A stretch of 64,000 bases of DNA from Azolla caroliniana (lineage: Eukaryota > Plantae > Polypodiophyta), in the NCBI GenBank assembly GCA_043228905.1, contig JBHGNT010000009.1, positions 18,476,001 through 18,540,000 on the forward strand, given 5' to 3'. The notes below the pieces were generated by a model that worked only from the letters and a program-made list of their open reading frames with translations, searched no databases and was not told the DNA's origin. The translations under genes were made by a program, and so were the position numbers. Positions 1 to 12,388 of this stretch are shown here, piece after piece; position 1 is the stretch's first letter; every line of letters begins with the position of its first letter.

Positions 1-2360
1 TAATCAAATAGATGAGGCTTCCGACAATCTGTCGAAACCGTGTCGGGTTGCATGCCCTTCCCGAGTCTTGACGTTTCTATCCAGAGAGGTCGAGATGGGC
101 TTACAGTTTGCCATCCCGAACTTGAAGAACATATTCAGCGCATAATGACGCTAGCTGATCAAAATATGCCTTCGAGGGTACGGATCACTTCGATCTCGAG
201 GAAGTAATGAAGGTCTCCGAGATCCTTCATTTCAAACGATGCCGCAAGCTGAGACTTCACGCGGCGGATTTCATCAAGGTCGGCACCGGCGATGACTAAA
301 TCATCAACGTACAAGAGCAGGTTGACCGGTCCATATTGCCCTTGCCGAACAAATAGAGAAGAGTCTGATTTCAATGGCGCAAACCCCATCCTACGCAACT
401 GTTGCGTAATCTTTGCGTTCCAAGCTCGCGGGGCTTGCTTTAGTCCATATAAGGATTTCTTCAATTGGCAAATTGCCGAGGTGTTTTGTTCGGATAGAAA
501 TCCGAGGGGTTGTACCATGTACACCTGCTCCTCAAGATCACCTTGCAGGAACGCGTTCTTTACATCCATCTGATGTAAATGCCACCCCTTTGCCACAGCT
601 ACCGCGAGCAAAACACGGACATTCGTCATCTTCGCGACAGGCACGAAGGTCTCGTCATAGTCCACGTTGTGCTTTTGTGCGTAGCCTTTCGCTACTAAAC
701 GGGCCTTGTATAGGCTAACTGAGCCGTCGGTGTTGTACTTAACCTTGTACACCCACTTACATCCGATCGGCTTCACACCTTTCGGTGCGTCAACCAGGTC
801 CCAGGTTTCATTTTCCGCCAATGCGCACATCTCTTCCTCCATTGCAGCACGCCAGTTCGCGTCTTTCGCCGCTTCTATGTAGCTCTCCGGCTCACGCACT
901 TCCGCCACTCACGTCATGAATGCGTAATGGTGCGCCATGTACTCATTATACCCGTACCTCTTTACGGGGTTCTTCTGGTGTGTAAATCGGCGTAATTCGT
1001 GATTACCCAATTTTGTGACCTTTTCGGTCGATTTTGACCTCTTCCGTGGAGGTTCCTTCTCGACTGGCTTGAGGTCAGATTCGCTTCAAACTGGCTCGGC
1101 ACTACCGAAATCGTATTCCGGCATCTTCTTATTCCCTTTCTCCTTGCGCGTAAACTGTCTCCGCAGTTCTTTACGCAGGGACATCACAGCCGAGTCTCCA
1201 CTACTCACCGTCTCATTATCTGGTTGGTCATCTTGGTCCAACCCCTCATTCAGCCCACTTAGCTGAAATGAGATCGGACTCTCTTAGAGCTCCGATTTCT
1301 TCATCGTGCAGAGGCATTTCGGCCTCGCTAACATCTTCCTCAGAATTTGGAATGGAGTCATGAGGAGTTGGAGGTGAAGGCAAGTACCACGAAGCAGACT
1401 CGTCGAACACGACATCTCGGCTTACGCGTACTTCCTTCATTCGAGGGTTATAACATTTATACCCCTTTTGTTCGTCTGGATAGCCGACTAAGATGCACTT
1501 TTCGGCTTTGGCGTCCAGCTTCCTCCTCTTTTCCTTTGGCACATGCACATATGCAATGCTACTGAAGATCCTCAAGTGTGCCAAGTTCGGCTTCTTCTCG
1601 AAATACATATCATGTGGCGACACTCCTCCATTAGCAGAAGTTTGATTTTGCAAGTAGACAGCCGTCTTCATGGCTTTAGCCCCATAGAATTTTGGCATAT
1701 GCTTCTCTTCAAGCATTGCCCTGGCCACTTCTTCAATCGTCTGATTCTTCCGCTCAGCCACGCCGTTCTGTTGCAGCGTGTATCTACATGAGAATTCACG
1801 TTGAATTCCCTCCTTCTGTAGATAACTTGTGAACTAGTTGGAGAAGTACTCCTTCCCATAGGCATTTGATCTTACGCCCTGTTTCCCTTTCCGCAAGGCT
1901 CTTCACCTTCAGGAAACATGCGAAGCCTTCGCTCTTCTTCTCAATCATGCATGCCCACATGTGCCGAGTGAAGTCGTCAATGAAGGTTACAAAGTAACGG
2001 CTTCCACCAAGACTCACGTTCTGTGTCAGACCCCACACATCTGAATGGATCAAATCCAACGGACTTCGACTACAATTATGCTCATTGGGGAATGGAAGTC
2101 GGTGTTGTTTTCCCATCTGACAGGCTTCGCAGACTTGGCCATTCCGGCCACGAAATTTCGGCAACCTGAAAACAATGTTCTTCGTCTACATTTCACGAAG
2201 CAGTGGAAAATTTACGTGGCCGAACCGCTTGTGCCACAGGTCGATATCCGATTCGACCTTTTGTCCTTCCGCGTACAACGCGATTCCAACTTGATTAGTG
2301 TCAAGGATAAACATCCTACCTTCACGATGCCCTTGCACGATTACTTTGCCTTCCACTTCT
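1..2360 (-). pseudogene. Copia pol remnant (integrase and reverse transcriptase)
   Basis: ORFs 159-908, 1246-1761 and 1796-2164 carry Copia RT and integrase motifs, broken by stops and frameshifts. Confidence 0.93.
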
Positions 2361-5300
2361 AACACCGGGTCATTTGAAACAGGTAATATGTCGCATTCTC
2401 TTTTTCATATCTTAGTGAGATGTTAAAAAATGCCTTATTTAAGCAGAATTTCAACAAGGCACGACGCATGTGTATGTGGTTTATGAAAACATAGCGAAAA
2501 AAAGAACTAACTAATATCACGTCAACAAAATCATCCAACGTATATTCTATCTACCATGTTTTTGTCCAAATCTTAGACAGGGGTGTATTTGTCAACACAA
2601 GTATAATAGTAACACGGGTCCTTGTGCATATTCTAAAAAGCATGCCCCATTGAATAAGTGACTTCTTCTAATTATGTGTGTATATTTAAATATAATACAT
2701 CTTAAAGCAAATTGTGAACCTCGCAATTAAGAGATACTACTATGTCAAGAGAAAATTTCCATTGACACGTGATACATGACACTGTCAATGTATAAATAAA
2801 CTAGTCTACAATAACATTCCAATCATACGAGTAAATGATAGAGTATAAACTTATCTCCGATATACCCCAAATGATAAAGGAGAGTTTAGATAACATGTAC
2901 ACATACAAGTATACTTAATTTCTAAGTTCAATGATTGTTACACGAAAATTATAAGTAAGCTCAACTTATATATTACGTCAAAATTTAACAATTCATATTG
3001 TTCAAAATTTACAATAAGCCATAACCATTCAATCGAATAATAAGTCTGGTAAAGCCGTCTACTCAGGATTAGCTCTTTCATCAGGATTGTCCTCATTGGC
3101 TTCGTCAGTACGCTAAGTTGAATTGTTAGTATGTTTAGACTCTGAAACGTCTTCTAATTCAACAAGTTGCCCTGCGTCTTCATCTATAGTTCCACAAGTT
3201 TTCTAAAAGTCATCTGGAACATCTATGTTTTATTGATATGCTTTGCCCCAACTTCTTGGTCTTGATCAGGACAACCCTAGATACCTTGGATCCTCATTTT
3301 GATGACATTAACTTGCTCAAGGTCCTTCTCTAATGCAACAGAGTTCCTGATAATCTTTAAGGCGTATGTTTTAGTAGTACATGACAGTAGAATGAAATTG
3401 CACAGGTAACATCAAACTGAAGAATAGAATATAACGTTAATCTAAATTGATGTAAGTTTTATATTATATACCTGTGTCAGAAAACTAATCTAAAACCCAT
3501 TGAAAATTTGAAACAATAAAATTTGAAAAAATAAAAAATCTTGGATTTTTAATTGGAATCCAATGCGATGCACTAGATTTCAGTTGAAAATCCAAGTTTT
3601 TTTTTTTTGTAATTTTTAAAATTTTTTCCATTAAAAAATAAAAAATGGATTTTCAGCTAAAATACTATGCACTACATTATATTTTAGTATATATAGCTAG
3701 AATCTAATGCAATGCGTTGGATTAGAGTCGAAAATCCATTTTTCTTTTTTCTTTTTCCAATGTTATTTATTTATTTATTTTCCATATAAAATAATAATAA
3801 ACGGCTTTTCAACTGAAATCCGATACACTACATCAGATCGTAGTCTATACAGCTAGACATTGATGCATTGCATCAGATTTTAGCTGGCAATCCTCTTTCT
3901 TTTCAATTGTTTTTCATTTTTTCAAAAAATAAATAAAAATATATTAAAAAGGTGGATTTCTAACTGAAATCTAATGCACTACATCGAATTTCAATTAAAA
4001 ATCCAAATTTCTTTTAGGTTTTTCATAAAACAATGAGATAATAAAAAAATATTACATTTTCAACAAAATCTGAACCATTGAGTCGGATTTCAATTGCAAA
4101 TTAATGTTTTATGAAAAAACATAAGAAAAATATTGGACTTTCACGGAAATCTGATGCACTGCATCGGATTTCTGTTCAAACTCAGTGATTTTGAACGGAA
4201 ATTCGATGCAGTGCATCGGATTTCCATTGAAAATCCTGTTGAAAACACATCATTTTAAATGGAAAAAATTACAATTTGTTTATTTTTAACACTTTTTTAG
4301 AGAAAAATATAAACAAATAAGAAAATTTGTAAACAAACAAGAAAAAGTGGACTTTCAATGGAAATCCGATGCAGTGCATCGGATTTCCGTTAAAAATCCA
4401 TTTTTTTCAATTCCTATATATTTATTTATGATAAAAACAAAAACAAATTCAAAATATCTGAAAAATTGGAAGCAAATAAGACAAAATGGATTTTCAATAG
4501 AAATCCGATGTAGTGCATCGGATTTCTATTGAAAACCCACTTTTTGCAATTTTTATTTATTTATTTATGGGAAAAAATGAAAAAAAATTTAAAAAATACA
4601 AAAAAATATTTTAAAATATGAAAATTTGGTAACAAATAGCAAAAAGTGGACTTTCAATAGAAATCCGATGCATTGCATCGGATTTCCTTTGAAAATTCAT
4701 TTTTTCAATTTCTATATAGTTATCTATGAGAAAATAGACAAACAAAATACCAAAAAAATTCTAAAAACTATCAAAATTTGGATTGAAAATCTATTTTTTC
4801 AATATTTATTTATTTTTTATAGAAAAAATTCAAAAAAATTCAAAAAAAAAGCAAATTTGGAAAAAAATACGTAAAAGTGGACTTTCAACCAAAATCCGAT
4901 GCAGTGCATCGGATTTCCGTTGAAAATCCATTTTTTCAATTTTTATTTATTTTTTTATGGGAAAAATTCAACAAAATTCAAAAAAAATCAAAAAAAAATG
5001 AAAATTTGGAAAAAAATACGTAAAAGTGGACTTTCAACCAAAATCCGATGCAGTGCACCCGATTTTCGTTGAAAATCCATTTTTTCAATTTTTATTTATT
5101 TTTTTATGGGAAAAATAAAAACAAATTCAAAAACAATTCAAAAAATAAGAAAATTTTCAAAAAAATAAGAGAAATTGGATTTTCAATTGAATCCGATGCA
5201 CGGAATTGGATTTCCATTGAAATATAATTTTTCAATTTTTATTTATTTATTTACGAGTAAAATAAAAAATGTTTATTTATTTATTTATGGGAAAATGTTT

Positions 5301-6310
5301 TATTTTTTCAATTTGTAGTTATTTATGTATTTTCGGGAAATCCATGCAATGTATCATATTTTAGTCTATGTAGCTAGAATTCAATGCAATGCATTAAAAT
5401 GCAAGAGTATTTTTTTAATGGAAATTTTTTTAAAAATTCCAAGACTTACAGGAATCTGATGCATTATATCCAATTCTAGATGTATAGAGTAAAATTCGAC
5501 ATGTTGCGTCAAATCTAGATGGAATGAATCAGATTTCTGTACGACATCAAAGGCTTACTATGAGAATCTAAGAAAAATGGAAAACATCTTTAAGACATTT
5601 TTTAGATTCTAATGATTTTGGTAGAAAGCTTCTCTCACATAATCTAATCTTGTAAATGGAAAGTACATAATGAAATATCATAACCAAAAAGTGAGGAGGA
5701 AAGATGCATCAAGCACATCTACTCTTACATTGGATAATGTTTATATATTAGTGTATGACTTATCTTTGACCAAAACAAGTTATCTGTGACAGACCACAAT
5801 GAAGAATCTACTAAAAGAGGATCTAGAATGTGGCTTCAGACACAACACAAAGACAAACAAGAAGCATGACTCATAAACTCGATGAGGTTGGATTGCAGGT
5901 GGATCAACACAATGCATTAGTTGCCATTGATGATGAGGATGAGACCTCATAAACTCGTACTAGTTCATCTAATGGGTATGAAGATGATGACATAAACTTG
6001 AAAAATTATTGTCCTGATACGTTAACTATAAATATTGTATTGCACATCAAGATTTGGATTCAGAATTTCTATAAATATTGGGGTTAGTCATTTTGGACAT
6101 TCATTTGTAAGTTTGGCATGTCCATTATTTAGGCATTTTTTTGAACACCTAAATTTCCGTACATGTTAAAAATCAATATATTTTTGGGTCATTTTTAAAA
6201 TTCCTTTACGTATGCGGCACCCCTTTTTGTGAATCACCCTAATTTGTGTCATTTTTTGATGGACAGTTCTCAAAATGCGACATATTACCTATTTCAAATG
6301 TCCCGATGTT
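2361..6310. mobile_element. Non-autonomous or decayed TIR DNA transposon, 37-bp TIRs, 4-bp TSD TTCT, superfamily unresolved
   Basis: TIRs at 2361-2397 and 6274-6310 match at 34/37. TTCT lies at 2357-2360 and 6311-6314. Removing the element plus one TTCT restores the Copia frame (HLGRFIE-VEGKVIVQGHREGRMFIL). Confidence 0.9.
3541..5520. repeat. Array of roughly 19 palindromic units (core GAAATCCGATGCA-N-TGCATCGGATTTC) separated by A/T-tract spacers
   Basis: Perfect copy at 4360-4388. Near-perfect copies centred near 4159, 4212, 4513, 4673, 4903 and 5053. Degenerate copies lie toward both edges. Confidence 0.9.
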
Positions 6311-7683
6311 TTCTATGAAGCGACCGAGATGCGTGAATCGAACCTGCATTCCCTGGTTGACGATCTGACCGATCGACACTAGGTTCTTCATTATTGTTGG
6401 GACGTGCAGCACATTCATGAGTTTCCCTTTCTGCCCGACGTGGCTGAGAGGAACTTCCCCAGCATGTTCAATGGTATGCGGAGTGTCATCTCCTGTTTCG
6501 ACCACTCCTTGTGATTCCGATTTCTCCAAGTACGAGAACCATTCCTCGTGACTCGTCATATGATTTGACGCTCTGGAATCAACATATCACACCTCGTTTG
6601 ATTTCGAGGTGTTCACGGCCATAGAATTGGTCTTATGCTTCATTACGAAGGCTGGGACCGATTTGTTTCCGGCTCGTCAGAGCCTTCTGCGTAATGCAAT
6701 CTCTAACACCTCTCTACGTCTCTTCGGCTCAATCCGTCTTTGTCCGAATCGGCTCTCTTTTTCCAGCACTCACTCTCCTTGTGGCCTTTCTTGCCACAGT
6801 ACCAGCAATCTGGCGCGGTCTTCTCTTGCCGTCTTCCGGCACCGCCATGACTCCCCCTGCTTGCGGAGGGTTCGGAATTGCTTCCGGCATCTCGATTATG
6901 TCATACATTCTGCTCTTTTCGGCCGCCTCCATTGCGCACCGATCTGCCTCGTCCACCACGACCACGGGGCCTATTATCCTCCGTGTAAAGCATCTTTCCA
7001 TCGGCGTGCGCACTCATCGACGCACCTATGTGGTTTTCTTCTACGAGCAACATTGACTGAAGCTCGAAAAACGAAGGCGAAATCTCCCTCATGCAGACTA
7101 CCGTTCGGAAAGGTCCGAACTTTGACGCCAAGCCACCAAGACAAACCTGCAACATTTCATCTTCCTCGACGTTCACGTTGATGGAGGCGAGAGAGTCGCA
7201 AATTTCTTTGAACTTGGTGGTGTAATCAGCCACCGACATATCTCTTTGTCGTACATTGTTGAGCTCCTGTTTGAGTTGCAGCTTTTTGGTCGTTGTGTTG
7301 GCGGCGAAAATCCTTTTGAGATTCGCCCACGTGTCCTTCGGCATCTTGGCATCCCGAATATAGCTCAAAAGTTGATCGCTCACACAAGAAGCAGTACAAC
7401 ACTCTGCTTGCCGCTTGTTCCCAAGCCAGATAGTCCCGGTGTGTCGAGTCGGGTGCCACATCGTTTGCTCCTTCGACATAACTCTAGTAGCCATGGCCGA
7501 GCAGGTACCGGTGCATCTTGTAAGACCAAGATGCGTAGTTGCTTCTGTCAAGCTTTTCAGTTGAAAGTGAGCTTCCCATTCCTCTATCCATAGTACTATC
7601 TTTTTCTTCTCCGAACGCGAACAACTTCAACTCTGTTTCGTCACAAACTTTTCTTGTCGGCTGCAGAGGACTTCAACCCTCGC

Positions 7684-7695
7684 GCTCTGATACCA
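7684..7695 (-). promoter_or_regulatory. Primer-binding site (tRNA-iMet) of Copia
   Basis: TGGTATCAGAGC on the minus strand, immediately after the LTR end. Confidence 0.92.
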
Positions 7696-8133
7696 TGTAA
7701 AAGAATACGTTGTGTGGAAGCGTGTGCGTAAACACAGAGTACATAGTTCGGAGGAATAAGACAGTTCAATAAAACATAGAAAACGTAGAGATGGAGAGGG
7801 AGAGGGAGAGACAGAGAGAGACAGAGAGAGACACTATAGATCAAATTCAAAATAATTCTCTATTCTATTCTGTACATACTTCGTGCTCAGGGAGCACCTT
7901 ATATACAAGCCTTGACAATCAGGCTGACACAAGTACTGACAGTACTTGAATGCTCTTAAATGAGCCGACTACACAAACTCCCAAAATTATTCCTTTACAA
8001 GGAATAACGCTCTAACGGCCTCTTCGGTTTTCACACCGATGCGGCCCTGTTGTGCGACCTTTTTCATGCACCCAATCTACGCACTAGGTTACGCTGCGTA
8101 CTTCGCACCGAATGTTGAGCTTGTCTCTCAACA
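7696..8133 (-). repeat. 5' LTR of Copia element (~438 bp)
   Basis: TG...CA termini, adjacent to the PBS. Its start (TGTTGAGAGACAAGCTCAAC) resembles the LTR start at 35898. Confidence 0.8.
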
Positions 8134-8234
8134 CTCGTCATATGTTTAATCATTGTATTTTTCATAGGATCTCTTGTCTCTTATCTTACCATTATATTAT
8201 TCGCCACGTTACACATTAGACAGCGCAATTACAT

Positions 8235-9589
8235 CAGTAGTTCTTCTTCACTTGTTGCAATCACCGATGTTCCTTTCCGATCCGGACCTCTCCAGTCCAA
8301 ACTCTTCTTCGAATCGATGGTGTCGGCCCTTGTCTCTTTCCGGAAATGCCGATAGTTCTTCTGGAGGTGCCCCGGCTTCCCACAGTAGAAGCAAGTAGAC
8401 CTTCCTCTTGACTTCGATCTCGTCCCCGATTTGTCCCAGTTTTGGGGACTCCGATTTCGGCCTCTTCCCTGGTTTTGGTCATCTTCCATAACCAAAGTCT
8501 TCGGGTCGGTTCCGGATTCCCGATCCTTGCGGCGAGCTTCTTCATCTAGCAAGCTTGATTTTACCCTTGCTAGGGACAACTACTTTCCTTCCGGGTTGGC
8601 ATTGCCCAAAGTGACCATTAACGTCTCCCAACTGTCCGGGAGGGAACCTAGCAAGAGCAATGCAAGTACCTCGTCGACCAGAGGTACGTCAACCGAATTT
8701 GTTTGATTTATGAGCCCCTGGAATCCATTCATGTGCTCCGCCATGTTGGATTCGTCCTGGTACCGGAGTCTCACTAACTTCTGGAATACAAAAACCCGAT
8801 TTATAGTGTTTCTGCTCTTTAGCATGGTGCCGATTTTCTCCCAGAGCACATGAGCCTTACTTTCGTCATTGAAGTTGTTGTACAGGCTCATGTCGATGAA
8901 GCACCGTATGTATGTCGTCATCTTCATGTGCATCACCTCCCATGTCATGGCATTGATCTTGTCTGGTTTCTTGTCCCCAAACTGTACCAGCTGCCAGAGA
9001 TCTTTGACCACGAGCATATCCCTCATCTTCGACTTCCACACTGGGTAGTTGGAGTCGGTGAGCTTGAACATACTTCCGAATGAGTCTTCCATTTTCTTCT
9101 TTGGCTCTGATACCAATTTGTGCATAATAACGCTCGGCCACAACCGAGACACAAACACTTTATGAAAGAACAAAAAATAGAAATGGGGGTTCGTACACTG
9201 ACACAGAAGAGACGACACGGAATGTTTACGTGAAAAACCCTAACAAGGAAAAAACTAGGGGATACCACAAACCCCAACTATCACTATATGAGAAAGGAGG
9301 TACAATGTGAGACTCAAAGGCAACGACCTTGAGCTCTGTATCTTCGCCAACCGGCGGCTTTTCTTCTCTCTCTCTCTCTCTCTCTCTCTGTAGAACTATA
9401 ATACAACTAACAACCCTTGTCACTCACTAACATGTAATTGCTATGACTTTGCGACTATTTACAAATATAGCCTTTACATGCACACCAGAAACTTATTTAC
9501 AAATGTGTCCCTAGATCCGGTTAACATTGGATCCATTCGGATACCTTCCGGTCCGCTCCGGTTACTGCATCTGATCAAGTTACTTGTCA
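8235..9589 (-). mobile_element. Truncated second Copia family: LTR (~9119-9589), PBS (9104-9115) and gag with CCHC zinc knuckle
   Basis: gag motifs NYPVWKSKM, LLLGSLPDSWE and CFYCGKPGH; TGGTATCAGAGC PBS. The far LTR end is inferred from a TG start and the return to tRNA-repeat sequence. Confidence 0.88.
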
Positions 9590-10352
9590 TCGAAAAGAAG
9601 ATCTCATATGTGAATGTATAGAATCTCTTATTTCTCGTCATATGTTTAATCATTGTAATTTTCATAGGATCTCTTGTCTCTTATCTTACCATTATATTAC
9701 TCGCCACGTTACGGAGATGACCTTAAATGGGTTTATCGGATAAAGGTATGCGGAGTGACGTATGTAATCCATAGAAAAGCATTCATGACCATACAAATGA
9801 CCTTAGAGAAGAGATTTTGTCTCAAATTATCAATCTCTAATGTCTAGATATCGTTCTCTTGTCATCATACCACCCGCTAGATTCTTCCACTCGTACGTAA
9901 TTTTGCATTGTTGAATCTCAAATATGCTATCTTCTTTGAATTCTACTAGACTAACCAAATGAAAAGTATCACCCATGCGATGTCTTAGTGGTGGCCTTCG
10001 TGTAGATTGTTTCTAAATTTTAAACAACGTCATCCTTGTTAACGACTACATTCAAATACACATCATACAACAACTAGGCGTCATCACATTCTTTCCTATA
10101 CTAGCGTGTATTCAAACTAGGCCAGACAGGAGCATGATGAACCTAAGCAAGAACGGCATTGTTCATATGTTCCCTCGACCGAATTCGCATTAAAAACTTG
10201 TAAATGGCATTGGCGTAATAGATGATTACGTTCAAATACATAATCAATGTTATCCCTTCCCCAAGGTACACGCATGTATTGATTGCGCAACATTACCGAG
10301 TACTTTGTCAACATTTTATTTTGATTCTCGAAGAGAGGAACCTAATCCTAAT

Positions 10353-10425
10353 TTATCCTACTAGGGATCGAACCTAGAATCTCTAGTTTCGTAGACCAAC
10401 ACCTTATCCATTGGGCCGTAGGATC
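10353..10425 (-). tRNA. tRNA-Arg(ACG)-derived, probable pseudogene
   Basis: 73 nt: GATCCTACGGCCCAATGGATAAGGTGTTGGTCTACGAAACTAGAGATTCTAGGTTCGATCCCTAGTAGGATAA. A and B boxes and an ACG anticodon, matching plant cytosolic tRNA-Arg(ACG), with stem-weakening substitutions. Confidence 0.85.
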
Positions 10426-11377
10426 TTAGGTTTTCTGTTGGTTGTACTTCCATAAAGGATCGAGATTGACGTGCAATACACTTTTGAGGAGGATTTTGTG
10501 CCAAATAAACCATTCCATTTCTTTTACCTAAACATCATCATCCTCGTAAATGATGAATGAATGCATCCAGCCAAAACAATGAATACAAGATCTTATTCAC
10601 ATTTTCTAGATGGTTGAGACGAATGCGTATTATGACTCCAGGATTGTTCATCGTCGTGTTCTTGATGTCGTACACTAAGATCATGATTCTAAACCGATCC
10701 TACTTGGGGTCAAACCTAATGTGATAGATGATTACGTTCAAATACCGTGATAGATGATTACATTCAACTAACCCAATGTTATCCCTTCCCCAATACACAC
10801 ATGTATTGATTGCACAACATTACCGAGTACTTTGTCATCGTTGTATTTCAAACTGTCAATCTCTGATGTGTAGATATCGTTCTCATCTCATCATACCAAC
10901 CGCTAGATTCTTCCACTCATACGTAATTTTGCATTGTTGAATCTCGAATACGCTATCTTCTATTAATTCTACTAGACTAACCAAATGAAAAGTATCACAC
11001 ATGTGATGTCTTAGTGGTGGCCTTCTTGTACATTGTTTCTAAATTTTAAACGATGTCATCCTTGTTAACAACTACATTCAAATACACATCATACAACAAC
11101 TAGGCCTCATCACATTTTTGCTTTTACTAGCATGTATTCATCAAACTAGGTCAGACAGGAGCACGACGAGCCTAAGCAAGAAAGGAATTGCTCAAATGTT
11201 CCCTCAAGTGGATGCACATTAAAAACATGTAAACGGCATCGTCGTGATAGATGATTACGTTCAAATACGTAATGTTATCCCTTCCCCAAGGTACACGCAT
11301 GTATTGATTGCGCAACATTACTGAGTTCTTTGTCATCGTTGTATTTCGACTCTCAAAGAGAGGAACCTAATCTTAGT

Positions 11378-11450
11378 TGATCCTACTAGGGATCGAACTT
11401 AGAAACTCTAGTTTCGTAAACCAGCACCTTATCCATTGGGCCATAGGATC
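11378..11450 (-). tRNA. tRNA-Arg(ACG)-derived pseudogene
   Basis: Same 73-nt cloverleaf. Acceptor stem GATCCTA/TAGGATC is intact; the T-stem has a mismatch. Confidence 0.85.
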
Positions 11451-12388
11451 TTAGGTTTTTTGTTGGTTGTACTTCTGTTGAGGATCGTGATTCACAATAC
11501 ACTTTTGAGGAGGAATTTGTGCCATATAAACCATTCCATTTCTTGTTTGGGCTTGTTTGAATACAATTTGGGGAAGGGCTAATATTACATATTTGAACGT
11601 AGTCATCGATCACGACGACACCATTTACAAATATTTAATGTTCATTCGCTTGAGGGAACATATGAACAACGCCTTTCTTGTTTGGGCTCGTCATGTTCTT
11701 GTTTGGGCTTGTTTGAATACAAGTGAGTAGAGGCAAGAATGTGATCTTAATGTGTATTGATTGCTTTTACTCAAAAAGCGTGATCTTATATCTACAATTT
11801 TGATTGAATGCATTCATTTAGAAGGATGATGTTTAGGGAAATTACTCTATTTTGGCACAACAATAAGAAACTCACTGAATTTTTTATATGGTGAACTTGT
11901 TTTGTTTCAACATTAAAATTCGAGCATGTGTAAACTTTAGGGTGTTGTGAATCATTATTGGTTATACATATATAAACGCCAATTAATGTTTTTGTATCAC
12001 TTTTTAAGACAATGTGTTGTTTGTTTTCTACTCTTTCTCATCTAGCAGTGTTGCTGATTGAGAAAATATGTGTTTTCCTATGTTTATTTGAAGTATCGTA
12101 CACCACAGACATTTTTAATTCATGGTTTTCCATGGGTTATAACTTGACTTTGCCATGACATGTTAATAGAATGTGCATATTCGTAGGTGCATGAGGTTTG
12201 AATATTTATTTGTAAGGTATTGAGTAGGTTTTATGCTATTAGAAGAATGACCTAGATTTGGTCCTCTGATAATTAAGCCGGTAAAAAGTATCACGCTTGC
12301 ATGAAACATATCGATAAAAAAAACAAGTGTTGGTATATAGTTTTAATCGTGTGATGTTGGTTAGGCAAAAGTCTGGGCACCATCCTGC

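Larger units (their letters stand above)
1..8133 (-). mobile_element. Ty1/Copia LTR retrotransposon, degenerate, 3' end beyond window start, interrupted by a TIR element at 2361-6310
   Basis: Minus-strand order is gag (starts 7591, MDRGMGSSLSTEKLDRSNYASW), protease region, GAG-pre-integrase (LWHKRFGH), integrase (IHSDVWG, AERKNQTIEE), then RT (KARLVAKGY, QMDVKNAFL, YVDDL). Multiple stops and frameshifts. PBS and 5' LTR present. Confidence 0.95.
9590..11860. repeat. Tandem ~1-kb repeat units containing tRNA-Arg-derived sequences, ending in an inverted partial unit
   Basis: About 9830-10510 is repeated at about 10855-11540 (offset ~1025). Homologous to 42040-43322 and 8134-8212. Confidence 0.88.

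Noticed and set aside
3541-5520. CRISPR array
   Set aside because: Eukaryotic context, no cas genes, and the spacers are related low-complexity A/T tracts of irregular length inside a TIR element.
2361-6310. CACTA or MULE assignment
   Set aside because: Starting at CACC (2363) gives no matching 3-bp TSD, there is no 9-11 bp duplication, and the TIRs are short.
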